Shown here piece by piece: positions 10,557 to 20,837 of a stretch of DNA of 64,000 nt. Made by a program: the position numbers and the translations under genes. How positions within the stretch are numbered: position 1 is the first letter of the stretch; every line of letters begins with the position of its first letter. Source of the stretch: Methanomicrobiales archaeon (GTDB lineage Archaea; Halobacteriota; Methanomicrobia; Methanomicrobiales; Methanospirillaceae); assembly GCA_037137755.1 (NCBI GenBank), contig JBAXJR010000004.1, positions 28,727-92,726 on the forward strand, read 5' to 3'. The notes beneath the pieces were generated by a model that did not search any database, was not told the origin of the DNA, and saw only the letters and a program-made list of their open reading frames with translations.

Positions 10557-11080
10557 AGGACCAGCTCCTGGTACGCAGCCTCTGCAGCCTTCACGTTCCT
10601 GTCATCCGAAAACATTTCCGAGATCGCAAGCTTTGCCGAGTCCATGGATACAATCCCCATCTTTGCAAGTGCACCGATTACCGGGGTGTTCAGGATCGGG
10701 CTACCCGCAACCACCAGGTTCAGGCGGAGTGCAATTGTGGTCAGGTCTACCGACAGTGTCTTGAAACCTTTCATATCATGCGGCAGGGTGCCGTTCAGGA
10801 GCACTTCCCCGCCAGGCTTAAGACCCTGCAGGACATCGACAACGTCCATGATGCTGTTATCGAGGACGACAATGAGGTCCGGTTTTTTGATCTGGCTGTA
10901 TACCCTGATCGGGCTCTCGTCAATCCTCACGAACGAGACCACCGGTGCACCCCGTCGTTCCGCCCCGTAAAACGGGAAGGCTGTGGCGTACTTGTGGTCC
11001 CTGAACGCAGCAAGTGCGAGCAGCTTCGCAGCGGTGACACCGCCCTGTCCGCCCCGTGAATGGATGCGTATTTCATACAT
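10553..11080 (-). CDS. porC: 2-oxoacid:ferredoxin oxidoreductase gamma subunit
   Basis: EIRIHSRGGQGGVTA and YGAERRGAPV. Confidence 0.88.
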   Translation of the reverse strand: MYEIRIHSRGGQGGVTAAKLLALAAFRDHKYATAFPFYGAERRGAPVVSFVRIDESPIRVYSQIKKPDLIVVLDNSIMDVVDVLQGLKPGGEVLLNGTLPHDMKGFKTLSVDLTTIALRLNLVVAGSPILNTPVIGALAKMGIVSMDSAKLAISEMFSDDRNVKAAEAAYQELVL

Positions 11081-12185
11081 CAGGGGTCACCCCGAACCAG
11101 GACTCTTCCCCGGGACGCCTGCCCCGGATGAACCCTGCAATATCGTCATAGGTCACTTCCTGACCACCAAGCCCGGCGATCACGCTGTACGGGTCAGCCC
11201 TGCACTTTGACCTGACGGCATCGGCAAGAATTCCTCCATACCCAAAGGAATAGTCGCGGTCTATCACGACGACGTCCCGGCCTTTAAGGTCAAGCTTCGG
11301 GAATGGCCGTAACCAGCGGATACGCATCGACCCGGCCTTAATTCCTTCCTTCCTTAGCAGATCTATTGAGACTTCTGCTTCTTTTCCGAGCGTCCCCATC
11401 GATACGACGACTACGTCGGCGTCCTCGCACTGGTAATCGTCGGTGACACCGTATGAACGTCCGAACCGCCGGGAAAATTCATTTTCCGTGGACTCGATGA
11501 CCTTAACTGAATCACGCATCGAACGCTCGATATCCCAGCGAAACTTGAAATATTCTTCAGGTCCGGTCAGGGGGCCGTATCCCCTTGGGTTCTTCACATC
11601 AATTGCGTGAGGGAGGCGTAATGGGGGTATAAAATCTCCTAACTCCACGGTTTCAAGCGACTGGTTGATATGGGAGAGAGAAAAACCGTCAAGGTTCACC
11701 ATCACCGGGAGGAGGACATCATTGTGTTCCGCGATCCGGAAGGCCATCAGGGTCGTATCATAGGCCTCCTGCACCGTGCTGACATACACCTGCAGCCATC
11801 CCGTATCACGTTCCTGCATGGAATCGGTATGTTCGGCCCAGATGTTCCACCCTGGCCCAAGTGCCCGGTTCACATTTGCCATGACAATCGGGAGGCGTCC
11901 GCCAGCTGCCCAGTTCACCATCTCGTGCATGTAGAGGAGACCGTGTGAACTGGTGGCCGTAAACGTCCGTACACCGGTAATACTCGCCCCGATGCAGGCT
12001 GCCATCGCGGAATGCTCGCTCTCGACCGGGATATACTGGCTTTTCAGCTCGCCATTCGTGACATATTCGGCTATCTGCTCGACAATTTCCGTCTGGGGGG
12101 TGATCGGATAGGCCGCAATCACTTCCGGCGAGACCTGTTTTACTGCGGCCGCCACTGCCTTGTTTCCGGTTGCAATCGTCAGCAT
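11073..12185 (-). CDS. porA: 2-oxoacid:ferredoxin oxidoreductase alpha subunit
   Basis: AAYPITPQT, VESEHSA and TATSSHGL. Confidence 0.88.
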   Translation of the reverse strand: MLTIATGNKAVAAAVKQVSPEVIAAYPITPQTEIVEQIAEYVTNGELKSQYIPVESEHSAMAACIGASITGVRTFTATSSHGLLYMHEMVNWAAGGRLPIVMANVNRALGPGWNIWAEHTDSMQERDTGWLQVYVSTVQEAYDTTLMAFRIAEHNDVLLPVMVNLDGFSLSHINQSLETVELGDFIPPLRLPHAIDVKNPRGYGPLTGPEEYFKFRWDIERSMRDSVKVIESTENEFSRRFGRSYGVTDDYQCEDADVVVVSMGTLGKEAEVSIDLLRKEGIKAGSMRIRWLRPFPKLDLKGRDVVVIDRDYSFGYGGILADAVRSKCRADPYSVIAGLGGQEVTYDDIAGFIRGRRPGEESWFGVTPDV

Positions 12186-13060
12186 AGACCTTCCTCCTCT
12201 TGTGACAGTCGTTTTGCATTCCTTCTTGCGAGCGAGACCAGGGAATCGACTGCTTCCTTACTGATTCCTTTAAACCGTCCCTGTGGTCCGAGGTATTCCT
12301 CAACAGGGTGTGGTTTTATCATCGCAGCCTTGGATGGCCCGTTTATCGTGACCTTCCCGTACTCACGCTCGAAGAGGACCCACATACCCGTTTTCACGGC
12401 GAGTTTTCCCATCTCGACCGTCTGCTCGGTCGGGTAACGCCACCCGGGAGGGCATGGTGCGAGCACATGGATAAATTTGGGGCCCCGTATTGAGAGGGCT
12501 TTTGTTACCTTTTTAAAGAGGTCCTGGGGGTATGCACTGCAGGCGGTTGCCATGTAGGGCGGGTCATGGGCTTCCACGATCCTGTCGATATCCTTTTTCG
12601 TATCCGGTTTTCCACCGGGAGTGGTAGTGGTCCTTGCACCGGTGGGTGTTGCACCTGACCTCTGCATCCCGGTATTCCCGTATGCCTCGTTGTCATAACA
12701 GATATAGAGAAAGTCCGTCCTGCGTTCGAAGGCACCGGATAACGCCTGGATACCAATATCAACAGTCCCCCCGTCACCAGCATAGACGATGACATTGGTG
12801 GCTTTCTTCCCTGCCCGGAACGCGGCACTCATTCCGGAGGCACAAGCCGCTGCTGCAGCAAATGCCACGTTATAGACCGGGACATTCATTGCAGTATTCG
12901 GATAAATACCCTGGATCACACTGGTACAACACGCCGGCATTACAAGGACGGTATCGGGGCCAGCCGCCTTGAGGACATACCGGAGCACCAGTGAAGAGCT
13001 GCACCCGGCGCAGGCCGAGGTACACTTGAAAAGATACTCCTCTTTTGGGATTTCCGTCAT
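12179..13060 (-). CDS. porB: 2-oxoacid:ferredoxin oxidoreductase beta subunit (TPP-binding)
   Basis: ACAGC, GDGG...YDNEAYGNTGMQRS and PCPPGW. Confidence 0.88.
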   Translation of the reverse strand: MTEIPKEEYLFKCTSACAGCSSSLVLRYVLKAAGPDTVLVMPACCTSVIQGIYPNTAMNVPVYNVAFAAAAACASGMSAAFRAGKKATNVIVYAGDGGTVDIGIQALSGAFERRTDFLYICYDNEAYGNTGMQRSGATPTGARTTTTPGGKPDTKKDIDRIVEAHDPPYMATACSAYPQDLFKKVTKALSIRGPKFIHVLAPCPPGWRYPTEQTVEMGKLAVKTGMWVLFEREYGKVTINGPSKAAMIKPHPVEEYLGPQGRFKGISKEAVDSLVSLARRNAKRLSQEEEGLC

Positions 13061-13132
13061 TATGTTCAGTATAATAGTTGTTGATTATCCGGTATTAACT
13101 TATTAGTACGAGGAAAAGGGTGATTTCCGTCG

Positions 13133-13618
13133 TCAGGAATTGTATAATTCAACGGTATAGCCTGCATCTTCAAGGACCGATTTCACTTTCATGTCCCACT
13201 GTCCGTCCTCCTCGATCCCGAGCAACCTGATACGGTCATTCCATAAAGTTTCGAGGTCAGCGTCCGTGCTGGAAAGGCTCCGCCTTCCTTTTATTGTCCC
13301 GGCAAGGTTTTTTCCGTCATGATATATCCGCATCCGGCAGCATCTGAACTCCCTGCATGATAAGGGGCGGGTGTTGTATACCACACAGGAATATCCCTCC
13401 GGTGTCCTGACAAGGAAGTGGCATTGGGCGTTTTCTTCCAGGTATCCCCCTTTATCCCTGAATCCCGGCAGGTAGGGGGATTCCACGTGGGCCATGACGA
13501 GGTTGTTTGAGATTAAATCCCGGCAATAATAGTCCCTCTCCCCGAGCTTCCGTTCGATACGGATGTGCTTTCCCGATACCATACAGCATTTTCCGCACCG
13601 GGTGCAGTCAAATTTCAT
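13133..13618 (-). CDS. YkgJ-family cysteine-cluster protein
   Basis: FDCTRCGKCC...CHFL...CVVYNTRPLSCREF. Confidence 0.82.
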   Translation of the reverse strand: MKFDCTRCGKCCMVSGKHIRIERKLGERDYYCRDLISNNLVMAHVESPYLPGFRDKGGYLEENAQCHFLVRTPEGYSCVVYNTRPLSCREFRCCRMRIYHDGKNLAGTIKGRRSLSSTDADLETLWNDRIRLLGIEEDGQWDMKVKSVLEDAGYTVELYNS

Positions 13619-13717
13619 TATGGTACCAATACACCTCATCAGGTATTGTATTCTTTCGCACGAAACTGCCACTTATCGACAGAATTCAATGGTTTGGGAA
13701 AATATCAGCTATCCTGA

Positions 13718-14548
13718 TTACCGTGAGTAAGGTTCAGAAAATATACCGCAGATCGTGGTCATAACCCGGTGGTAGCCGTGCCAGTCGTTTATGGTCCCCA
13801 GTCTTCTCCCTTCCTGGGGTAATGGAGTGAACTGCAAATCGTACGATACATCCCAGAGTACAAGTCCCTCCGGAGGAGCAGGGTGGATGCCACCTGAATA
13901 ATTCCCTTCGAGTCTCCCCGTAATGCTCTCCATCTCGCAGGTACCCATGCCCACATCACGCAATGCCATTGCGATACAGCGTACCATGTGCCACAGGAAA
14001 CTCTCTGCGGTGATCTCAAGGTATACTATTCCGTCATCTTTTCCGATTGACGCTGAGAGGACTTTCCGCCTGGGGTTTTTGTTGTCTACACGTGCAAAAC
14101 CCGAAAAGTCATGGACTCCCTGGAAGAGCGTCGCTGCTGTTTCCATCCGGGAAACATCAAGGTCCTGCTCGCGGAAGAAATACCGGTAGGTCCTGGATTT
14201 TGCATCATAGCGGGGGTGAAACCCAGGCCAGGTGACTGAATACCCACTACACCAGCAATCCGGGGGGAGCTGGTAATTCAGGGCCGCAACAGCACGGTCC
14301 GGAATCCCTGTCAGGAATGAAAAGACCTGGCCCGTAGCATGCACACCCCTGTCCGTCCGCCCGGACGCAGAAAAATGGGCCTCCCTCCAGTCAGTGAACA
14401 GCCCGAGGCGCAGGCATGCTGCGATGAATTCTCCTTCGACGGTCCGGCAGCCGGGCTGCATCTGCGACCCGGCGAAATTGTCACCACGATAGGCAACCCT
14501 GAATGCCAGTTTTACTTGTGGTATACCCGGCGTTTCAGTTTCTTCCAT
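13718..14548 (-). CDS. truA: tRNA pseudouridine(38-40) synthase
   Basis: AYRG..F.GSQ.QP, SGRTDRGVHA, FHPRYDA and SFLWHMVR. Confidence 0.93.
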   Translation of the reverse strand: MEETETPGIPQVKLAFRVAYRGDNFAGSQMQPGCRTVEGEFIAACLRLGLFTDWREAHFSASGRTDRGVHATGQVFSFLTGIPDRAVAALNYQLPPDCWCSGYSVTWPGFHPRYDAKSRTYRYFFREQDLDVSRMETAATLFQGVHDFSGFARVDNKNPRRKVLSASIGKDDGIVYLEITAESFLWHMVRCIAMALRDVGMGTCEMESITGRLEGNYSGGIHPAPPEGLVLWDVSYDLQFTPLPQEGRRLGTINDWHGYHRVMTTICGIFSEPYSR

Positions 14549-15180
14549 GTGTTTCTCAGCGACTGGCGGGTATAGGTACGGAGGGGCGTCTTCCTTCCCG
14601 TGGCAACTGAATCCCCGCTCCGGATTGCTTCAAGAATTGAGGTAATATTAGGTTCAGCGTTGATAAGGGTCTTCCCATATCCCACGTAACGGGCATTATG
14701 CGCATCGCTCCCTCCAACACAGGGTTTTCCCAGTTTGGTTGCAAATTTTGCGGCTTTCCGGTTCGCTGAGCCCACGATATACCTACTATTAAAGACCTCT
14801 ATGGCGTCCACCGAGCTGAGGGCACTCCTGAAATGAAGCCCTACACCATGCCGCATCATGTGAAACGGGTGAGGAAGTATGAGAAGTGCCCCCTGTTCAT
14901 GCGCAATTGCGATAGTTTCAAGGACATCCAGCCCTTTTGGAAATTCTGTCAATATGCCGAGGGCGATGAGGTGCCCCTGTTTTGTTGAGATCTCGATCCC
15001 CGGAATAATGAGGACCCTTGTGGGGATTTTCAGGGCAGCCCTTGCCCCCTCTATCGTATCATGATCGGTGATTGCAATGGCATCGAGTCCGATGATTTCC
15101 GCACGGCGTATGATATCTTCTATACTGCTTTCCCCATCCCGGGAATAGTTAGTATGAACATGGAGATCGCAGGTGAGCAT
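14512..15180 (-). CDS. PHP-domain metal-dependent phosphoesterase
   Basis: DLHVHT..SRDG, ITDHD, HPF and GGSDAH. Confidence 0.9.
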   Translation of the reverse strand: MLTCDLHVHTNYSRDGESSIEDIIRRAEIIGLDAIAITDHDTIEGARAALKIPTRVLIIPGIEISTKQGHLIALGILTEFPKGLDVLETIAIAHEQGALLILPHPFHMMRHGVGLHFRSALSSVDAIEVFNSRYIVGSANRKAAKFATKLGKPCVGGSDAHNARYVGYGKTLINAEPNITSILEAIRSGDSVATGRKTPLRTYTRQSLRNTWKKLKRRVYHK

Positions 15181-15572
15181 ATAACCATATCAATTTTTAA
15201 TCTCCATGATATTAAGGGAACCTGACTTTACCCAGGGTAGTACATCATGGCAGTTCCAGGATCCGGAATCTCAATTCTTCAGAATGTTGATTTTAACAAC
15301 CAGTCCCCGGATTTTTCTTAATAGTAGCAATGGTGCGGGGTCCTGATCATTATTTATCCATTATGTTTTATTCCGGAAATCTACCAATGGAACCCAAATA
15401 ACCACTGGGGTCAAAGAAGAAGATCTTTCACCAATCTTTTATTTTTCTCTGGTGTTGTCAGATCTATTTGATAAGGGTTCCTGTTGTGAATGATTTTCCG
15501 GTTACCGTGACCATGAAGAGCAATCACTTTTATCAATTATGAAGCAATAGCATTGCCATAAAGGTATACACC

Positions 15573-16754
15573 GTGAAAAAGGAATCGGTACTGATAGTTG
15601 AGGATGACTTCATCGTTGCAAAAGTCATTGAGAAAAACCTGATAGATCTCGGCTATGCGGTTGTGGGACTGGTCGCAACAGGAGATGAGGCCATAGCGAA
15701 GGTTGGGAGTGAGAGACCTAATCTTGTGCTTATGGACATCCAGCTTCAGGGGGATATGGATGGTATTAGTGCATCTGAAAAGATTCATGCGGCATTCAAT
15801 ATCCCCGTAATATTTCTCACCGCACTTTCTGATAAGCAGACTTTTGACCGGGCTCTTGTCACCGCACCCTACGGATATATTATCAAGCCATTCTCTCAAA
15901 ATACCCTTTCCGCCACGATCCGGGTGGCCCTGAACAAGAAGCAGGCTGACCAGAAAATTACCTACCTGCATGGCTGGCTCGATAGTACCGTGAGTTCATT
16001 GCCGGAGGGGATCCTCACCATCAACGCAGCGGGAAAGATCGTCCTGGTCAACCCATCTGCAGAAATGATGACCGGGTGGACGAACAGGGAGGCATTTGAG
16101 CAGCCACTTGATACCGTGTTGACATTTATTGATCCCATCAGCGGGCAATCCTTTCACTACTACCTGACACCGATTATTCAGGAGGGTATAATCGGTACAA
16201 TCCCCAACGACTCATTTGTCCTTTCAAAGAACATGACCCGTATCCTGATTGAAGATAGTTTTGCCTCGCCCATCAGGGACAACATGGGAGAAATCAGCGG
16301 GGCGGTCATAGTACTCTATCCAAAGAGTACAACACCCCTATCGGGAAGCCAGGTTCAGGATACCGATCTGCCTGATACCCCGGTTAGGGAGATCAGTATT
16401 GCGTTTCAAAATCAGAAAGGGCGGGTCCCGGAACCGTCCCGGCCTTTCGATGAGGCCGGGTGGTATGATCGCGGTAACTACCTCCTCTTCCTTCGGCGGT
16501 TCAGGGATGCCATCAACGCTTATGAGAATGCTATCTCAATGGGCTCGTTAAATTACCAGTCCTGGTATGGAAAGGGTATTGCACTTGAAAAACTCGGAAA
16601 ATCACAGGAGGCACTGCTTGCCTTTGAGGAGGCCCTCTCAATTCACCCCCAAAATTCGAGGATCCTGTACTCAAAAGGGACACTGTTGAAAAAAATGGGT
16701 AAAGACGGCGAAGCTAACCGATGTTTTGAGCTGGCACGCCACTATAACATATAA
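15573..16754 (+). CDS. Response regulator with REC-PAS-TPR architecture
   Basis: VEDD, LMDIQL (phospho-Asp), LTA and IKP; PAS (VNPSAEMMTGW); about 3 C-terminal TPRs. Confidence 0.88.
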   Translation: MKKESVLIVEDDFIVAKVIEKNLIDLGYAVVGLVATGDEAIAKVGSERPNLVLMDIQLQGDMDGISASEKIHAAFNIPVIFLTALSDKQTFDRALVTAPYGYIIKPFSQNTLSATIRVALNKKQADQKITYLHGWLDSTVSSLPEGILTINAAGKIVLVNPSAEMMTGWTNREAFEQPLDTVLTFIDPISGQSFHYYLTPIIQEGIIGTIPNDSFVLSKNMTRILIEDSFASPIRDNMGEISGAVIVLYPKSTTPLSGSQVQDTDLPDTPVREISIAFQNQKGRVPEPSRPFDEAGWYDRGNYLLFLRRFRDAINAYENAISMGSLNYQSWYGKGIALEKLGKSQEALLAFEEALSIHPQNSRILYSKGTLLKKMGKDGEANRCFELARHYNI

Positions 16755-16885
16755 CTGTCTTGTAACTCCCGCCGTGCTTCGCCTCATTAAATATAGTGCA
16801 GAGATAGCAGGTAGGAGTTGTCGTTATACCCGGAAGAAAAAACTGGATTTAACGGGATGGTTAATGGATTGGGTACCAGGATAGA

Positions 16886-18226
16886 TTATCTGGAATCTGG
16901 TGGACAGGGAAACCTGATAACAAATGTGGTTCCATTTTCCCTTTGGAGTTCGACAGTTCCCCGCATCTGGTGTGTAGCCAGCCCGTTTATGATCTGGAGT
17001 CCAAAAGATGTCGTGTTCCGGAAATCAAGGCCTGGAGGAAACCCAACTCCATTGTCGCTCACCGTGAACTCACACTCTTTCTCACTTGCATTTACCAGCC
17101 TGATTGAGATTATCCCATGCATACCCCCGGGAAATCCATGCTCTAAGGAATTTGAAATGAGTTCATTAGCAATGAGGCCACAGGGAACTGCGATATCCAT
17201 GTTCATGTGGACAATCTGAAGTTGGATATCTACAGAAATCTCATCACGGGTCCGCCCGTAAGAAGAGAGCAAATATGAAATTAATTCATTGAGATAGATG
17301 GAAAAATCAATCCGAGCAAAGTCTTTCGAACGGTACAGGCTTTCATGAATAAGTGCCATGGCCTTTATTCGTTCATAGCTCTCCTGTAAGAGGCGGTGTG
17401 TATCTGGATCGGTTATTTGTGCAGACTGGAGTTCAATCAGACCCGAAATCACCTGCATATTATTCTTCACCCGATGATGCACTTCCCTGAGCAGGATCTC
17501 TTTCTCGATAAGTGACTTCTGAAGATGGTCTTCAGAAATTTTCCTGTCGCTGATGTCCATAATGTTTAAAATAACTATATCGTCAGGCATCCGTGAACCT
17601 GAGATCAGGACGGGAATGGTTGTCCCATCCTGCCTGAAAAGAGTAAATTCTTTGATCATTGGTTGACTATCCTTCTGAATATGGTCTATCAGAAGGTGAC
17701 GGAAGGTGGGATCCGGTAATACCCTCGAAAGGGTTTTTCCGGTTATCGTATCCGTTCCAAATCCAAGAATTGAAAGAAGCTTTCCGTTCACCTCAATGAC
17801 TGTGTAATCATCGTTTTTTATTTCTGCAAGCAGAATTCCGATCTCCGAATAGTCGAAAACCCCGTGATATCGCACTTCCTGGATCTTCAGATTACGGGTC
17901 AATGAAGAGATGATAAGGGTCACGGAAACAAGGACGTAAAAACTTGCAGTTGCGGTTGTAAATGACAGGTCACGGATACCGGGGTAGCTGTAAAGATATA
18001 CAAAGAGGATATTTATGGCACTAATAACAACGGCAAAGAGTATTGCCCGTTTAGGGAACCAGTATGCAGTAACAATAACAGGAATATAAAAAAGGAGCGG
18101 GGTGATAATCATGATATCCCTGAGCAGACCCAGCAGGATAACACAGAATGCAAAAGTGAGTGAAATTATAATAATGATCAATTTAATGTCGGTTGTGGTA
18201 ATTGATTCATACCAGTTTGATGTCAT
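16886..18226 (-). CDS. Membrane PAS sensor histidine kinase (HisKA_2 type)
   Basis: N-terminal TM segments; EVHHRVKNNMQ, NELISNS, DNGVG and SFGL. Start is uncertain (18226 or 18256). Confidence 0.88.
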   Translation of the reverse strand: MTSNWYESITTTDIKLIIIIISLTFAFCVILLGLLRDIMIITPLLFYIPVIVTAYWFPKRAILFAVVISAINILFVYLYSYPGIRDLSFTTATASFYVLVSVTLIISSLTRNLKIQEVRYHGVFDYSEIGILLAEIKNDDYTVIEVNGKLLSILGFGTDTITGKTLSRVLPDPTFRHLLIDHIQKDSQPMIKEFTLFRQDGTTIPVLISGSRMPDDIVILNIMDISDRKISEDHLQKSLIEKEILLREVHHRVKNNMQVISGLIELQSAQITDPDTHRLLQESYERIKAMALIHESLYRSKDFARIDFSIYLNELISYLLSSYGRTRDEISVDIQLQIVHMNMDIAVPCGLIANELISNSLEHGFPGGMHGIISIRLVNASEKECEFTVSDNGVGFPPGLDFRNTTSFGLQIINGLATHQMRGTVELQRENGTTFVIRFPCPPDSR

Positions 18227-18583
18227 CGAGTTCCCCTGATACCTGTTTTTATCCATACTTCGCGGCTGACGATTTAACGACTGCGGCGAAAATACACAGT
18301 GTTGGTTAAAAGTGATTATAGGAGAACTGATTATTACATCTTTTTCGACAACCCCCGTGGGCATTTCCACCGGCCCTGCACCGAGGCAGTTCACAACAAG
18401 AATTCCCAACCTTTGATATATCAGGTACGGTCAGGGAAACTGTGTAAATCTGGTACAGCAATGTAAATCTGCAAATTCAAGTGTTATCCGGAATTTTAAG
18501 GTAATATCGGGCCTAATGAGGACAAGTCTGATCCCGGTGGATTAAACCAATTATTTATTTTGTTATTATTAACAAGGGAACTT

Positions 18584-19999
18584 ATGCGTATTCTCCTCCC
18601 GACAGGTGCAGCAACATATGAGGCAGTACTGAACGCTGCAGCCGGTTTTGACGCCGAAGTAGTGGTCACCGGGGAAATTGCCTCGTTTTTAACCCCCGGA
18701 AAACTCCGCGAGCTGATACAAAATGGGGAGTATGATATGGTGATCGTATCCGGAATGGTGACTGCCTCGTTCCGCGAGGTGGAGGAGGAGACCGGTATCC
18801 CGGTTTATCTTGGTCCACGGCATGCTGCGGACCTTGAAAAGGTGCTTTCCTTGCTGGATACCCTGCCGCTTTCAAGATCGATCCCGGCAGATGAATTCAT
18901 GACAGCAGTAAAACGCGAAGAGGCCTGGAGGAAACTCGATGAACTCGAACAGGGTGCTTCGTATGACTACTGCATAAGGGGTGTCAGGATCGGGGGCACC
19001 TCAAGGATAAAAGTCCTCGCCGAAATCATGGATGCCCACCGGCACGAGGACTTAAAAACGGCCATCCGGAAGGCATTCCAGTCAGGGGCCGACATTGTCG
19101 ACCTGGGCTTTGGGTTTGATGCGACAACTGACGATGTTATCCGGTGTTTTTCCCAAGTAGCTGATGAGCCGGGCCCCCTTGCGATTGACACGCAGGAACC
19201 GGCCCTGATTGCGGCAGGTCTTTTCCGGGCCGATCTTGTGCTGAGCCTTCATGATGGCAATATACCCGCTATCGGGAAGGCAGTAGCGGATGCAGGTTCA
19301 GCAGCAGTTGTGGTACCGTGCCAGCATACCCTTGAGGAGAACCTTCTGATGGCCGATCAGGCAGGAATCGCCTGCCTCATTGCCGACCCGCTTCTCCAGC
19401 CGGTTGGTTCCGGTTTTGTCCGGTCCCTTGCAGCATTTCCGGAACACTTCCGGTATCCGCTCTTTTTCGGGGCAGGGAACGTCGTGGAATTATTGGATGC
19501 CGATTCTCCAGGGCTGAATACCCTTCTCGCCGGAATTGCAAAAGAGATCGGGGCATCGGTAATTTTTACGAGTGAACACAGCGACAAGACAAAAGGCTCT
19601 GTCCGGGAGATGCGGACTGCCACAGAAATGATGGCGCTTGCCATAGACCGGCCCTACCCGAAAGACCTTGGAATCGATCTCCTCCTCCTCAAGGAAAAAA
19701 GGAGGAGAAGGGAACCCCCCCTGTCCTACAATTCCCTGACCCATGCCAGCCTGCATGGAGAGGAACTCCGGTATGACCCAAAAGGTAATTTCAGGATCGG
19801 GGTGGAAGACGACCAGATCGTGGCAGTCATTAATGGCCGGGCAGTGCAGGGCCGGACATGGATGGCCGTTTTTGAAGAAATTTTAAAAAATGGCGATGTG
19901 TCGCTGCTCGATCATGCTGCGTACCTCGGGAAAGAGCTGTACAAGGCAGAACTCGCCATCCGTTTCGGCAGGAGTTTTGTGCAGGACGGAGATTTTTAG
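18584..19999 (+). CDS. Dihydropteroate-synthase-like protein with C-terminal DUF4346-like domain
   Basis: VLAEIMDA, GADIVDLG, AIDT, FFGAGNVVELLDADS; tail DPKGNFRI...LDHAAYLGKELYKAELA...FVQD. Confidence 0.82.
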   Translation: MRILLPTGAATYEAVLNAAAGFDAEVVVTGEIASFLTPGKLRELIQNGEYDMVIVSGMVTASFREVEEETGIPVYLGPRHAADLEKVLSLLDTLPLSRSIPADEFMTAVKREEAWRKLDELEQGASYDYCIRGVRIGGTSRIKVLAEIMDAHRHEDLKTAIRKAFQSGADIVDLGFGFDATTDDVIRCFSQVADEPGPLAIDTQEPALIAAGLFRADLVLSLHDGNIPAIGKAVADAGSAAVVVPCQHTLEENLLMADQAGIACLIADPLLQPVGSGFVRSLAAFPEHFRYPLFFGAGNVVELLDADSPGLNTLLAGIAKEIGASVIFTSEHSDKTKGSVREMRTATEMMALAIDRPYPKDLGIDLLLLKEKRRRREPPLSYNSLTHASLHGEELRYDPKGNFRIGVEDDQIVAVINGRAVQGRTWMAVFEEILKNGDVSLLDHAAYLGKELYKAELAIRFGRSFVQDGDF

Positions 20000-20112
20000 G
20001 CCCTTAAAAGTCATTCAAACCTTCCGCGGAGAGTAAGATCTGCCTGAAAAGTTCCTTGTAATTCCTGTCAACCCCGTAACCTTTTTAGAACGCACACTCC
20101 TTTACTATACGT

Positions 20113-20394
20113 ATGGTACGACAGGTGCATGCAGCACATATCCTGGTCAGGACCGAAGACCAGGCACGGGACATGCAAAAAAGACTGAATAACGGCGAGA
20201 ACTTTGACGAACTGGCAAAAAAGTTTTCCACGTGCCCTTCAGGGAAGAAATGCGGTGACCTTGGCTGGTTCGGGAAGGATATGATGGTACCCGAATTCGA
20301 GAAAGCTGCGTTTGGAGGGAAAGTAGGAGACATCGTTGGGCCCGTTAAAACGCAGTTCGGGTACCACATGATTAAAATCCTCGGCCAGAAATAA
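20113..20394 (+). CDS. ppiC: Parvulin-type peptidyl-prolyl isomerase (single domain)
   Basis: AHILV, FDELAKKFSTCPS..GDLGWF, MVPEFE and VKTQFGYH. Confidence 0.9.
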   Translation: MVRQVHAAHILVRTEDQARDMQKRLNNGENFDELAKKFSTCPSGKKCGDLGWFGKDMMVPEFEKAAFGGKVGDIVGPVKTQFGYHMIKILGQK

Positions 20395-20465
20395 CACCCG
20401 AATAGGCCGTATCCCGGGAAACCTGCATATTTTTAATCATATCTGACAAAGGACCTGATACCACC

Positions 20466-20837
20466 ATGAACATCCGGGGAGTACGTCTTGAATTGCTGGA
20501 CCTTATGTGCCAGATCGCTATTGAGAGCCATCCCAACGAATTTGTTGCGGTACTGCTCGAGAAAGATGGCATCATAGCCGAGCTGAACCTCCTCCCCGGC
20601 ACCACGAGTGGAGAGAGCCATGCGAACCTGCACTATGACATGATGCCACTTGACCCGCACGTTGCCGGCAGCGCTCACAGCCACCCAAACGGCGCACTCC
20701 AGCCCTCTGATGCAGACCTCCGGTTTTTCCCCAGCATCGGGCGGTATCATTTCATCATCGGGTCTCCTTACACCCTGTCAGACTGGCGGTGCTACCATGC
20801 AAATGGCGCTGCTGCAATTATGGAGGTGATCTCCTGA
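20466..20837 (+). CDS. JAMM/MPN+ (Mov34) metalloprotease
   Basis: HPNEF and HSHP....PS.AD JAMM motif. Confidence 0.88.
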   Translation: MNIRGVRLELLDLMCQIAIESHPNEFVAVLLEKDGIIAELNLLPGTTSGESHANLHYDMMPLDPHVAGSAHSHPNGALQPSDADLRFFPSIGRYHFIIGSPYTLSDWRCYHANGAAAIMEVIS

